From: an uncultured delta proteobacterium
GTDB taxonomy: Bacteria > Myxococcota > B64-G9
Direction: 5' to 3'
NCBI GenBank assembly: GCA_963754925.1
Contig: CAVWHX010000001.1
Span: forward strand, 192,001-256,000
Length of the DNA: 64,000 nucleotides
Both the position numbers and the translations under genes were made by a program. This document shows, piece after piece, positions 1 through 10,410 of this stretch. How positions within the stretch are numbered: position 1 is the stretch's first letter; each line of letters starts with the position of its first letter. The notes under the pieces were generated by a model. The model was not told where the DNA came from. It saw only the letters and a program-made list of their open reading frames with translations, and searched no databases.

Positions 1-16
1 GGAAGAGGAAGAAGAT

Positions 17-75
17 TAGAGGCTGTTAGCTCGCGCAGCGAGCTTACAGCCTCTTATCCCCGAAGGGGGCTAGAG
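17..75 (+). repeat. TAGAG double-hairpin REP-like element, copy A
   Basis: AGAGGCTGT-T-AGCTCGC-GCA-GCGAGCT-T-ACAGCCTCT, then CCCC-GAA-GGGG, closed by a second TAGAG. It starts on the TAG that appears to end an upstream ORF (...EEEED*). Confidence 0.85.
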
Positions 76-87
76 AAGGTTATCATC

Positions 88-1189
88 GTGGCTTCCTGTC
101 CCGTTCCTATAGCTGCTGTCACCGAACCCCTGAGAAAGCACGTTGATCCCGCATCGCCCGCGCCGCTGCGGCTCATGGCGGCTAAAGGGGTGGTCCCGAT
201 GCAGCCGCGGGACATGGTTACGGTGCTGACCTGCCTCTGTTTCGACGATGACGAGAAGGTCAAAAGCTCTGCAATCGAGAACATTTCCAAGTTGCCAGAA
301 CGTATCGTAACCGGCGCGATCCAGGATGAATTACACCCGATGGTGTTGGATTATCTGGCTCAAGTGTACGTTGAAAATCCATTCCATATTGAGAAAATCT
401 TAATTAACCACAACACCCCTGATGAGACCTATGAACGCCTCGCAGAGTCTGTCAGGGGCACCTTACTTGATATTATCGCAAACAACCAGGTCAGGATTCT
501 TCGCCACCCGCCGATTGCCAAGGCTCTCCTTAAAGAATCCGACGACGCTTAAATCCACCATCGATATGATGATGGACTTTGCGGTCCGCACGGGGATGGA
601 CTTTAGCGCGGTGCCGGCTTTTGAGGAGGCAAAAAAGCGGGTCCTGGCTGCGCCGCCCGATCCCAAGGAAGAGGAGCGCATTCAGCAGGTGGTGATCGCA
701 TCGCTGCCGGAGGAGATGCTCAAAGAAGAGGATGGAAGTGCACCCGCCAACGCCGAAGAGAGCGAGGCAAAAAAAGCGCACATGTTGTCCCGTCTGCATA
801 CGATGACGGTGGCGCAGAAAATCGCCCTGGCCCAAAAAGGCAATCAGGTCGTTCGTCTGACTCTCATTCGTGATGCCAATCGGTCGGTGGCGGTGGCGGC
901 CATCAAAAACCCGGGGATGGGTGAATCGGAGGTCGCTGCGGTCGTCACCAGCCGGGCAATTTGCGACGAGGTTCTTCGCATTATCTGCAACAACCGCGAG
1001 TGGACTAAAAGCTACCAGGTCAAGCTGGCGTTGGCGAACAACCCAAAGACTCCTCTGGCCTTCTCAATGCGGGTGATGCAATCTCTTCACATCGGAGACC
1101 TCAAGGCGCTTGCCTCAAATAAAAACATTCCCAGCGCTCTTACCCAGGCGGCAAAAAAACTGGTTCAGTTACGAGCCGGCGGGCGATAA
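88..1189 (+). CDS. Conserved hypothetical helical-repeat protein (one frameshift near 540, likely sequencing error)
   Basis: ORFs 88..552 and 422..1189 join into one ~365-aa protein with repeated N(P/H)xTP motifs (NHNTP, NPKTP). Confidence 0.7.
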
Positions 1190-1195
1190 CTGCGC

Positions 1196-1839
1196 ATGGA
1201 CGTCCAACGATTCAAGGCTAATCCGTTAATGGCTATTGCGCGGGACGTTACGGCCGGTCAGCTTGCGCCTTTGGTGGAGGCTCTGGTTGCGGCTGGCTGG
1301 GAGACTCTGGAAATTGCGATGAATACGGATGGGGCACCAGAGCTCATTAAAGCGGCGCTTCAGCTTTCACGCGGGCGTTTGATGATTGGCGCAGGCACCG
1401 TCCTGACGCCGCATCAGTTGCAAACGGCTCAAGCTGCGGGGGCGACTTTTGTCGTCATGCCCGTGCTCGTGCACGACGTCGTCCGCGCGTGCGTGCACGA
1501 TCGGATACCGGTTTTTCCCGGCGCTTTGACACCGCAAGAGGTTTGGAACGCCTGGCAGGCAGGCGCAACGATGGTCAAAATTTTTCCGGCTAGCGTGGTT
1601 GGGCCGAAGTACTTTAAAGAGCTTCGCGGCCCCTTTGACGAGGTTGAACTCATGGCGTGCGCGGCGTGACGGCGAAAAACGTCACGGCATACCTGAATAA
1701 CGGAGCTTGCGCAGTTGCCGTCGGCTCTGGGGTATTTCGAAAAGAATGGCTGGCTAAGAAAAATTATCGACAGATTACCCGAACACTGAGAGCGTATCGA
1801 ACGGCATTGGGTTCCAGCCGCTTTCGCGGGAATGACTGA
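1196..1839 (+). CDS. eda: KDPG/KHG aldolase (frameshift near 1660)
   Basis: LEIAMN, IGAGTV, PGALTPQE and VKIFPA motifs. The C-terminus GVTAKNV...AVAVGS continues in ORF 1657..1839. Confidence 0.85.
1809..1836 (+). repeat. GGAATGAC-type REP-like palindrome, degenerate
   Basis: GGGTTCCAGCCGCTTTCGCGGGAATGAC shares both ends with the copy at 33318-33360. Confidence 0.55.
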
Positions 1840-1915
1840 TAATTAAAAAAACATTATTTTTCAGGGGCGACCAGGTTATATCACGTCTTTGTAATGATGA
1901 CGGGTTTTGCTGAGG

Positions 1916-3979
1916 TTAGTTGTCTGGACTAGGTTGGTCGCCGGGGGCGGGGGGTTGTTCTTGGGCGTCTTCGCCAATTTGATTGGCGAGGAGGCTTTGG
2001 GCGATTTCAACCGCCTTTCGGGCTTTTTCTTTGATCTTCTCGTCGGATTTGATTTTCTGGTATGCCTTAACCACCCGATCCTCGTAGGAGGCGATCTCTT
2101 TCTTGAGATTGAGGACCTGCGTTTCGAGATCTTCAATGGTTTGCCGGTGCTCCTCGAGATCCTGCACCAACCCGGGCACCCGGATTGCCTCTTGACGGGT
2201 AATCTCGTGGGCGTTGAACTCTTCGTTGTATTTTTTCTGAAAGTCTTCAAGCTGGCTACGGATGCTATTCATCTCTGTTTGAAGTTTATCGAATTCGTTT
2301 TTGTAACGGGTCCTCAGGCCAAAGACTTCATCGCTGTGTCTCGTCTTCAGATCATCCATTTCGCTCTTGAGTTGTTTAATCTGACTCTCGCCCTTGGCGA
2401 TTTTCTGATTCAGTTCTTCGGCCCTTGCGGCGCTTTCTTCACGTTGCACTTGCATAGTGTGCTCGAGCTCGGCTGTTTCCTGTGTGTAGCGCTCCTCCCA
2501 ATCGGCCATCGCCTTGCGGTGTTGCTGCTCGAGTTCGTTCTTTTGTCTGAGAAGGGTGTCGAATTGGGCGGAATGTTCCTTGATCTCCCGATCGCGGTTG
2601 GCGACCATTTCTTGCAGACTGGCGATTTCTTTCCCGCGTTCGCCAATTTGCATCTGGATGTCAAGAATTTCTTGGTCCTTGCGATTCATCCCTTCCTTGA
2701 GGTCGAGGACTTCACGTTCTCGGGTGTTTATCTCCGATTTGAGGCCAAGAAATTCTTTGTCACTGGTGGTGCTCTTTGAGCGCAAGCTGCCGAGCTCGGT
2801 TTCGCGTTTTTCAAATGTCTCGTGCATTTCTTCAATGCGAGCCTCGAGCTTGGTGACCTTTTCGCGAAACAGGTTGGCTTCTTCTTCGGTGTTTTTCAGC
2901 TTGGTGGTAAGCACCGAATCAGGTGTTTTACGCGCCTCTTCTGAACTGGTCTCGAGATGCGCTATTCTCTCGCGCAGCGCGCGGTTCTCGTCTGTAATAC
3001 TTTTTAGTTTCGAGGCTATCGACGGATCGACCGTCTGCGTAGGCTGCGTCTCGATACTCGCCGGCGCGATAGGCTGCGGGACAGGTTGACTGGCTGGAGG
3101 CGGTTCGAGATCCTCGAGGGCCTCCTGATCCGAACGGGCGGGCTCGACACCAGAGCTTTTTAGCTCTTCGGACTTGTTCTCATCAAGCACTTCAAAATTG
3201 AGCCCATCGATGTCGAGATCGCTCTCATCGGCCGGCGGGCTTGGCGGAAGTTCTTGCTCATCGCTGCGAATCGAATTCAGCACATTCTCGAGACCCTCGA
3301 TGGCATCATTGTCTTCAGTAGCAGCCGCCGATGTTTTTTGTTTGACGTTTTCGTCGGTTATCTCCAGATCCTCAAGGACCTCATTGAGTTGGTTTTCATC
3401 GCCCTCTTGCTGACTGACGGAATCCTGAGCGGTTAGTTCGACATCTTTTAGTTCGCTCGGTTCTTCCATGCTCAGCATTTCCTCCTCAGGGCTCGAAACT
3501 TCGGCCTCTTCGAAGGCGATAGATTCCTCATCTTCAATGGAAATGGCTTCACTCTCGTCAAGGAGCGTGAATTCGTCATCACTCCCTTCAGCGGTTTTTT
3601 TTGCCAGCGGGAGAAGTGGTTCAATTTTTTCCATCAGCTGTTCGGCATCAAACGGCTTGATAATATAATCATTGGCCCGAGTTTTTAGCTTCTTGTGCTG
3701 CTCGAACGTTTCTTCATTAGCCTCGGACGACATGATGATGAGGGGAATGGACTTTAGGTCGTCGTCTTTTTTTAGCTTTTTACATACCGAGTAACCGCTC
3801 ATGCGGGGGAGCTCAACGCACAAGAGAATGAGGTCAGGTTTTTGGTTCCTGGCCTGCTCGAGTCCTTCTTTACCGTCGGGGATGATGCTCACTTCCGCAT
3901 CGTATTCCGAAAACATAGAAACGAGGGACTTGGCGAAATCATCCTCGCTCTCAATTATCAAAATACGTCTACTCGCCAT
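1916..3979 (-). CDS. frzS: FrzS-like pseudo-receiver/coiled-coil protein
   Basis: The N-terminal receiver lacks the phosphoacceptor Asp (PDLILLCVEL) and has LKKDDDLK and QHKKLK motifs as recalled for M. xanthus FrzS. An acidic linker and a long coiled coil follow. It lies downstream of an ECF sigma/anti-sigma pair as in M. xanthus. Confidence 0.75.
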   Translation of the reverse strand: MASRRILIIESEDDFAKSLVSMFSEYDAEVSIIPDGKEGLEQARNQKPDLILLCVELPRMSGYSVCKKLKKDDDLKSIPLIIMSSEANEETFEQHKKLKTRANDYIIKPFDAEQLMEKIEPLLPLAKKTAEGSDDEFTLLDESEAISIEDEESIAFEEAEVSSPEEEMLSMEEPSELKDVELTAQDSVSQQEGDENQLNEVLEDLEITDENVKQKTSAAATEDNDAIEGLENVLNSIRSDEQELPPSPPADESDLDIDGLNFEVLDENKSEELKSSGVEPARSDQEALEDLEPPPASQPVPQPIAPASIETQPTQTVDPSIASKLKSITDENRALRERIAHLETSSEEARKTPDSVLTTKLKNTEEEANLFREKVTKLEARIEEMHETFEKRETELGSLRSKSTTSDKEFLGLKSEINTREREVLDLKEGMNRKDQEILDIQMQIGERGKEIASLQEMVANRDREIKEHSAQFDTLLRQKNELEQQHRKAMADWEERYTQETAELEHTMQVQREESAARAEELNQKIAKGESQIKQLKSEMDDLKTRHSDEVFGLRTRYKNEFDKLQTEMNSIRSQLEDFQKKYNEEFNAHEITRQEAIRVPGLVQDLEEHRQTIEDLETQVLNLKKEIASYEDRVVKAYQKIKSDEKIKEKARKAVEIAQSLLANQIGEDAQEQPPAPGDQPSPDN

Positions 3980-4086
3980 AAGTTACAATCCTTGGACAAA
4001 TGAAAGTAAATTGTCCCGAACGCTTCCACTATTACCATATTAATTTAATCCATCCGGTGGGATGATGTCAATAAACTGGCCGTAAT

Positions 4087-4181
4087 TAGAGACCGTTGCC
4101 GAACGGAGTGAGGCTTACGGTCTCTTATCCTCGTCAGGGGGTTAGAGACCGTTGCCGAACGGAGTGAGGCTTACGGTCTCT
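4087..4181 (+). repeat. TAGAG double-hairpin REP-like element, copy B (tandem pair)
   Basis: Two identical TAGAGACCGTTGCCGAACGGAGTGAGGCTTACGGTCTCT units separated by TATCCTCGTCAGGGGGT. The second unit supplies the stop of the anti-sigma ORF. Confidence 0.9.
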
Positions 4182-4941
4182 CATGTTCTAGCATTGCTTC
4201 GAGAACAGAAAGCATTTCGGTTGGTGGAGACTCTCCGACCATGGAATAGGCGAGCCCGTGAGATCTCCAGATCGCCACGGTGTAACCACTTTTTTCGGAT
4301 AGGCAGAAATTATTCGATCGGATTTTTTGGCACATTTTACCGTCTATGTCTCCTCCCGGATCGGCGAAGACAAATAGACTGAAATCGTGCAATCCACTGC
4401 GATAGCGCACCAGGGCGGCCTGGCGATCGACAAGATTGCTGATGCGTCCGCCCACTAAGAGGAACTGACTGGGGGTAGAATGCGGAAGGGCGACGTGGAA
4501 CCGCACCTTAGATTTGAACCACGATTCAACCACGTCGGTATCAGAGCTGTTTACTTCCACCGGTTGATCGTTGGAATGCCTTTCGATAGCTGCTTCTACC
4601 AATGGGGAAAAGCCGCTGGTCACCGTCCAGGTAAAAGAAAGTACCAGCGCCACAGCGGCCACCGCTGGTACCGATCCCCAAGCCAAGCGTTTTGGCCAAG
4701 TCCAAGTTGTGCAATATTTATCTGTTGTTATAACGATTCTATCTTGTAATTCTTCAGGTATTTGCAATTTAGGAATTCGAGCTCGAACAGCTTCGCGAAA
4801 ACGTCGTTCATAGGTGGCGTGGGACTGGCAGGCAAGACAATTGGTCAGATGCGCCTCAACCTCGTGACGGTCTTCATCATCGAACTCGCCATCAAGGTAA
4901 ACTTCAAGATATTTTCGTATTTCTTGGCAATCTCTGAACAT
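4171..4941 (-). CDS. Zinc-binding (ZAS/zf-HC2) transmembrane anti-sigma factor
   Basis: N-terminal CxEI...YLDGE...HLxxCxxC motif and a single TM segment. It overlaps the ECF sigma gene. Confidence 0.9.
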   Translation of the reverse strand: MFRDCQEIRKYLEVYLDGEFDDEDRHEVEAHLTNCLACQSHATYERRFREAVRARIPKLQIPEELQDRIVITTDKYCTTWTWPKRLAWGSVPAVAAVALVLSFTWTVTSGFSPLVEAAIERHSNDQPVEVNSSDTDVVESWFKSKVRFHVALPHSTPSQFLLVGGRISNLVDRQAALVRYRSGLHDFSLFVFADPGGDIDGKMCQKIRSNNFCLSEKSGYTVAIWRSHGLAYSMVGESPPTEMLSVLEAMLEHERP

Positions 4942-5581
4942 TTGTTAAGCTTCCTGACCTCCGTTCGCGGTAGGCTTGCAAGTTGGTCGGCCTTTTTTCG
5001 GCTTCATCTGTTCGTTTCACGTAACCCTCTGCCACAGCAAACTCGTATAACGAGCCCCGCAGCATTCTTCGTCCGCGATGCAGCCGGGACATGACCGTCC
5101 CTACCGGTATTCCCAGAATCTCGGCGATCTGTCCGTAACTAAAACCATTAATATCTGCGAGCAATACAACTAGTTTAAATTCCTGGGGCAAATCGTCAAA
5201 AGCTCTGACGACATCGTCAGAAAACAGCCGCTCGAAAAAATACTCCTCCGGTTTTGTGTGCGCAGCCATTTGTTCTTGAGGGATTATCCGCTCGGCTAGG
5301 TCTTCACTCTCACTTCCTTTTTGGATTTCTCTGCCTCGGCGTTCTCTTCGGTATTTGTTGATGAACAAATTGATCATCATTTTAAACAGCCAGGCTTTCA
5401 GGTTGGTTCCTGGATCGAACCGGTTTTGGAAACTGAGCGCCCGAACAAAAGTGTCATGAACCAAATCCTCTGCTTCCGCCTTCTGGCCGGTCATGCGTAA
5501 GGCAGTGCCGTACAAGGAATTAATATGTTCCATGACCGCGGTGGCAAACGCCGCCTTTTGCTTTTTCGAGCCGAATATCAT
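4904..5581 (-). CDS. ECF sigma factor, SigR/SigH/RpoE1-like (ECF12 group)
   Basis: Region 2 AEDLVHDTF...FDPGTNLKAWLF and region 4 SYGQIAEILGIPVGTVMSRLHRGR. Confidence 0.93.
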   Translation of the reverse strand: MIFGSKKQKAAFATAVMEHINSLYGTALRMTGQKAEAEDLVHDTFVRALSFQNRFDPGTNLKAWLFKMMINLFINKYRRERRGREIQKGSESEDLAERIIPQEQMAAHTKPEEYFFERLFSDDVVRAFDDLPQEFKLVVLLADINGFSYGQIAEILGIPVGTVMSRLHRGRRMLRGSLYEFAVAEGYVKRTDEAEKRPTNLQAYRERRSGSLTNVQRLPRNTKIS

Positions 5582-5625
5582 AGTTTGAATATAATCATCT
5601 TTTTTTCATTGAATCTATATTAATC

Positions 5626-5651
5626 AACAATTTTTTCCCCGCAGTTATTCC
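5626..5651 (-). promoter_or_regulatory. Putative autoregulatory ECF promoter GGAAT-N18-GTT
   Basis: The minus strand reads GGAAT-AACTGCGGGGAAAAAATT-GTTG about 45 bp upstream of the sigma start, matching the SigR-type consensus. Confidence 0.65.
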
Positions 5652-5738
5652 CGGGATTCGGGACAATATTTTTTCCTCCCAGAATTAAAAAGATGGCGGT
5701 GGGACAAACAACCACCTGACCTTGGGTAAGGCGCTGCC

Positions 5739-7394
5739 TTATCGGTTGAACACGCCGCCCGCTGCCATGCCGGCGAGACAACCCGTCACGACGACCGCAC
5801 TAACGATACTCAAAAACCACCAGGATTCGTACCACCGTTCGTCCGTTTTGTTTTTATCATCCGCAGGTCTGGTTTTTTCAAGTTCTTGAGCCTTGAGGAC
5901 TACCGGCGCATGAACAGTGAGTTTGGCGAGCGTTCCATCGGTAGTCTTAGCTTTGGTTGGCGATGCCGGGTTTACCGGCTGAGGGGATCGTTGGGCGTTC
6001 GGGCCAGTCAGTTTGTTGACCGTTGCGGTCGGTGCGGTGGCGAGGTTGGTAACGGCCGGCTTGTCGACGGGAACCGCGGCGAGATGCGCCGTTGAATTAG
6101 TCAAGGTGGTCGTTGTAGCCAACCGAGGATTAGGTCGCGTCTCCGTATGAGCGGGGGAGTCTGAAGTTGGAATAAGCATGGTTGATTTAGATTCGGGCTT
6201 ACGTGTTTTGAGGGGTTGAACAACCGTTATTTTCTGAGAGCGAAGCGGTTCGCTGCATTTTGCAACCTGCCTCTCGATCGCCGTGACCAGATCATGAACT
6301 TCGCTGTTTGCGCCAACCACTTCAGAATTGAGTTGTATGGTTGGCAGGGCGCATACGTGTTTATCCACTATTCGTATCAGCAAGCTGCTTACGTTGTAAT
6401 TATCGCCAGTCTTCTGTATTGCGCCAACGACCATGAAGTTGGCTTTCAGACTTTTGCCATACGCCTGAATTTTGTTGAGCGTCGTCCGGGAAAGTACGTT
6501 AGCGCGAACCGCCGCGGAGATATCCGCAAGCGGGCCTGTCTCCCGTTCGACACCGCCAAGCAGCGCTCGGACCGTTTCGCGGCGGGAGGAAGCCACCGTT
6601 ACCTTTTCCTGCCCATGGCTGCAGCCCCTGTTTATGTACCCGCAGGTAGTAGTCGCCGGGGAGGAGATTTTTTAAAGTGACCGGGGCAACACCAGCCTTT
6701 CGGCCGTTGAGGTAGATCGTCGCGCCATCGGTATTGGCGAGTATTTCAAGCTCGCCGCGGGATGACACGGTCAATGTGCTACGAACTGAATACACCAAGG
6801 TACGAAACAGGGCCGGATACTGCTCGGGATCGAGATCCAAGGTTCGATTGAGCAAATTATCTTGGTTAGGTATGCGTTGGCTCGGTCTTCACGATCTTCT
6901 CGGAAATAACAGACTGCCAGCATCAACAAGGTTTGGGCAACAGGTTTAAAGTCTGAGATTAATGCCAACGAGCGTTCGTAGTTATCCAGGGCGGCTGAGA
7001 GCGACGAAACCGCCTCATCAAACCTGAGCTGACGATACTTTTCCTCACCATCCTGAAGCAGTTTGTTGGCTAGTTTGAGATCCTTGTCAGAAATAGAAGG
7101 TTGCCAAAAAACTTCTTTGGGGATGACCAGAGGGCCATTCTGAAGGATTATGTCCTTGCTTTGCTTGATTTTTTCGCGCACCAGTTCAGTGGTGTGGTTG
7201 ACCACTTCTGAAGGCGCCTGATTTATCAAAGCTTGGTAGGGAACAACGTATATCTTTGTGTTGGTTGAAGTTGCCGCGGCCGCCCGATCGACGATGATCG
7301 GCGTCGGCCAAGTTGTTACCATTCCCCCCAAGATAGCCACGAGCGCCGTTGCCGTGAAGCGAAACCAACACCCATCGATCATGGACCTGATCAA
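5739..7394 (-). CDS. Secreted TPR/PEGA-domain protein (frameshifts near 6850 and 6600)
   Basis: Signal peptide and TPR-like helices (6771..7394), PEGA motif GATIYLNG...PGDYYLRVHKQG (6499..6855), and a C-terminal WYESWWF plus TM segment (5739..6596). Confidence 0.75.
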
Positions 7395-7741
7395 TGACTG
7401 GCACTCCTACTAGTGTAACAATTTCATATAATTATGCCACAATGAGCTTGTCTGCGAACTCTCCGTACTATAAGGTTACCGCGACCACAGTAAAATCAGC
7501 CGTTAGTAGCTGATTTTGCTGGATACAATAACGTAATAATATCCTGTCTCTATTGGAAAGTCAATGACCGAAACTACTTAGGTAGTGACCCAGGACGAAT
7601 ACCCATAAGCCTCAATATGCCTCAAACTGAGATACTCCCCGGTTAGCAAGTACCTTGACTTTTCGGTGCGGTGCTGATATCTCCCCTGCGCTCGCGTTAA
7701 CATGAGGTTCTTACCGCAAATTCATAATCGGAAGGTGACGC

Positions 7742-9040
7742 ATGGCGAACGTGGTGATTGTGGGCACCCAATGGGGAGATGAGGGCAAAGGAAAGATTGT
7801 CGATATTCTCGCCGAGTTCGCCGACTTAATCGTCCGATTCCAAGGGGGCAGCAACGCGGGGCATACGTTGGTCGTTGGCGGCGAAAAGCTGGTTACCCAC
7901 TTGGTTCCTTCCGGTATCATGCATCCGGGAAAACGTTGTGTCATCGGCGCGTCGGTGGTGGTCGATCCCGAGGTGCTGGTTTCTGAGCTCGACCTGCTGC
8001 AACAGCGGGGGGTGCTCCTCGATCCATCGAGCTTGGCCATCAGCGATCGAGCTCACGTGGTAATGCCCTACCATAAGATGCTCGACGCCGCTCGTGAGTC
8101 GGCCAAAGGAACGGGAAAAATTGGCACCACCCAACGCGGCATCGGCCCGTGTTTGGAAGATAAGATGTCGCGCACCGGGCTGCGGATGGCTGAGTTCGCC
8201 GATCCCCCGGTGGTCGCCCAAAAGCTCGCCGCTCGTCTGCCGGAGCTCAACGCGCTGCTTGCACACTATGGCCGCGATCCGGTTCAGGAGAAGGACATTC
8301 TCCCGAAGCTGAGCGCCCAAATGCTTCGATTGGCGCCTTTTATCACCGACGTGGGCATACTGATCCGCCAAGAAATGGATCGTTCGCGCAACGTGTTGTT
8401 CGAGGGTGCGCAGGGCACCTTGCTTGATATCGATCATGGCACCTATCCGTTCGTCACCTCATCCAATACCGTGGCCGGCAGCGCCTGTGTTGGACTCGGA
8501 TTCGGACCAAATCGAATTGACGGCGTCGTCGGCGTGTTCAAGGCTTATACCACCCGTGTCGGCGAAGGGCCCTTTCCGACCGAACTTAAAGACGAGCGCG
8601 GTCGTCAGCTTCAACAAAAAGGCGCAGAGTTTGGCGCCACCACCGGTCGCGCGCGTCGCTGCGGTTGGTTAGACCTCGCCGCGATACGCCACGCCGTGGC
8701 GCTCAACGGTTGTACCTCCCTGTGCCTCACCAAGCTCGATGTGCTGGGCGGCATTGGCCCGATTCGCGTGGCGGTCGGCTATAGACTCGAGGGGCGCGAA
8801 ATCTCAACCTTTCCCAGCGATATTCGATTGGTCGGTCGTCTCGAACCAATCTATGAAGAGTGCGAAGGCTGGGAGGAAGACGTCAACGGCGTGCGCGAAA
8901 AAGAAGCATTGCCCCAGTCGACCAGCAGGTTTTTGGCCAGGATAGAGGCACTCGTTCAGTTGCCGATCGATATGATTTCTGTAGGGCCAGAGCGGGCCGA
9001 GACTATTATCGTACGCAATCCCTTTAGGCGAAGAAGTTAA
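7742..9040 (+). CDS. purA: Adenylosuccinate synthetase
   Basis: QWGDEGKGK, GGSNAGHT, EGAQG and GATTGRARRCGWLD motifs. Confidence 0.99.
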   Translation: MANVVIVGTQWGDEGKGKIVDILAEFADLIVRFQGGSNAGHTLVVGGEKLVTHLVPSGIMHPGKRCVIGASVVVDPEVLVSELDLLQQRGVLLDPSSLAISDRAHVVMPYHKMLDAARESAKGTGKIGTTQRGIGPCLEDKMSRTGLRMAEFADPPVVAQKLAARLPELNALLAHYGRDPVQEKDILPKLSAQMLRLAPFITDVGILIRQEMDRSRNVLFEGAQGTLLDIDHGTYPFVTSSNTVAGSACVGLGFGPNRIDGVVGVFKAYTTRVGEGPFPTELKDERGRQLQQKGAEFGATTGRARRCGWLDLAAIRHAVALNGCTSLCLTKLDVLGGIGPIRVAVGYRLEGREISTFPSDIRLVGRLEPIYEECEGWEEDVNGVREKEALPQSTSRFLARIEALVQLPIDMISVGPERAETIIVRNPFRRRS

Positions 9041-9174
9041 CTAACTCTTAAATTTGATATTTGCCGAAGGTTTTGGCAATATCTTAAGAGATTCTCGCAC
9101 GCAACGTGTCCCGTGAGGGGCGAGAGGGGTTGTCGGCATTGGGGTCTTATTTTTTTTCCCGAAAGGAAAAGATA

Positions 9175-10347
9175 ATGAGGAAAAATTATCTCGGTTGCCT
9201 CGTTATCGCCGCGTTGGTAAGCACTCTTCAAACGGCGGCGTGGGCTCAACAAAAAGCGCCGGTGACCAAGCCTGGTTTGGTTTCGGTGGTGATACTGCCC
9301 GTTGAAGTCAAGGGATTGGATACTTCTCTTGGCACCTCCATCACCGAAGCCGTGGCCAGTCAGTTAGACAAGACCGGCGTCCTCAAGGTGCCGACGACTA
9401 AATCGTCGGTCGCTGCGTTCAATCAGTTGCAAAAGAGAAAGATCCAACTTGAGACCTGCAGCACTCGACCATGGTGCATCCAAACGGTGGCAAAGGCATT
9501 CAACGCCAAGGTGGTCTATCACGTAATAGCCACGAAAGCCCAAGCGGGTGTGACCTTGACTATGCGTATTTTTGATGCGAAGACCGGCAAAGAGATGCGC
9601 AAGGCAGCTGAATTTGCAACCGAGGATGTTGCGGATATAGAACGGGCGGCGCGCTGGGCCTCCTTAAGTGTGTCATCACCGGTTGTAAGCTCCCTGATAC
9701 AAGGCAAGGGCAAACTCCTCGTTGAATGCTCGGAAGGTGGCTCTGATCTCTCCATCAACGGTAAGTCTTTTGGAAAAAAGACCGGTAAAGGCTTTAAGGT
9801 TCCGGCTGGAGTGTTTGATGTCAACGTGCGCAAGGATGGCTTTGTGGCGTACCGCGACGTGGTGATGGTTAGGCCGGATGAAGACCAGGTTGTCAAAGCC
9901 GTGCTTACTCCTGAGGCTCGCCCTGCAGTGGCCGCAGCTCCCACGAAAGCCGCAGCCGTTCGATCGCCGGCCGAGGCGCCGCCGCCCGTGGGCGCCGAGT
10001 CCTCAAAAGAACAACCCCGTAAAACTGAATTGCCGGCTTGGGCCGTTTTTGAAACTCCAAAAGAAACCGGTCAAGCGGGACTGCCGGCGACCGGGAGCGT
10101 CCATCAAGAAGAGAGCCACCCCCGGTTAGCGGAGATACGGGGACAACCAGCCTTTGCAAAAACCCCCGAAGTAGAAAAAGCCGCCGAGGAAAAGCCGAAA
10201 GAAGGTAAAAAATTCTACCAGACCTGGTGGTTTTGGACCATCGTTGGCGTAGCGGTCGGCGGCGGAACAGCCGCGGCGGTGGCGCTGACGCTGACGAAAA
10301 ATGGGGGAACCACCAGCACGGGTAGCGCCACTATCACCTGGAAATAG
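9175..10347 (+). CDS. Secreted PEGA-domain protein
   Basis: Signal peptide (…AAWA|QQ), PEGA-like VPAGVFDVNVRKDGF, Pro/Ala linker, C-terminal FYQTWWFW plus TM segment. Confidence 0.75.
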   Translation: MRKNYLGCLVIAALVSTLQTAAWAQQKAPVTKPGLVSVVILPVEVKGLDTSLGTSITEAVASQLDKTGVLKVPTTKSSVAAFNQLQKRKIQLETCSTRPWCIQTVAKAFNAKVVYHVIATKAQAGVTLTMRIFDAKTGKEMRKAAEFATEDVADIERAARWASLSVSSPVVSSLIQGKGKLLVECSEGGSDLSINGKSFGKKTGKGFKVPAGVFDVNVRKDGFVAYRDVVMVRPDEDQVVKAVLTPEARPAVAAAPTKAAAVRSPAEAPPPVGAESSKEQPRKTELPAWAVFETPKETGQAGLPATGSVHQEESHPRLAEIRGQPAFAKTPEVEKAAEEKPKEGKKFYQTWWFWTIVGVAVGGGTAAAVALTLTKNGGTTSTGSATITWK

Positions 10348-10410
10348 AGATCCCGACCGTATTGGATGTATTGGTTGATTAGTCGACTTACCTGTTGTAC
10401 ATCTCAATCC

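Noticed and set aside
1907..3089. Long + strand ORFs 1907..2779 and 2514..3089
   Set aside because: They are antisense shadows of the Glu/Lys-rich frzS-like coiled coil.
4087..4181. Mini CRISPR array (two identical ~39-bp palindromic repeats)
   Set aside because: The 17-bp 'spacer' is itself the family's second hairpin, related units are dispersed elsewhere, and there are no cas genes.
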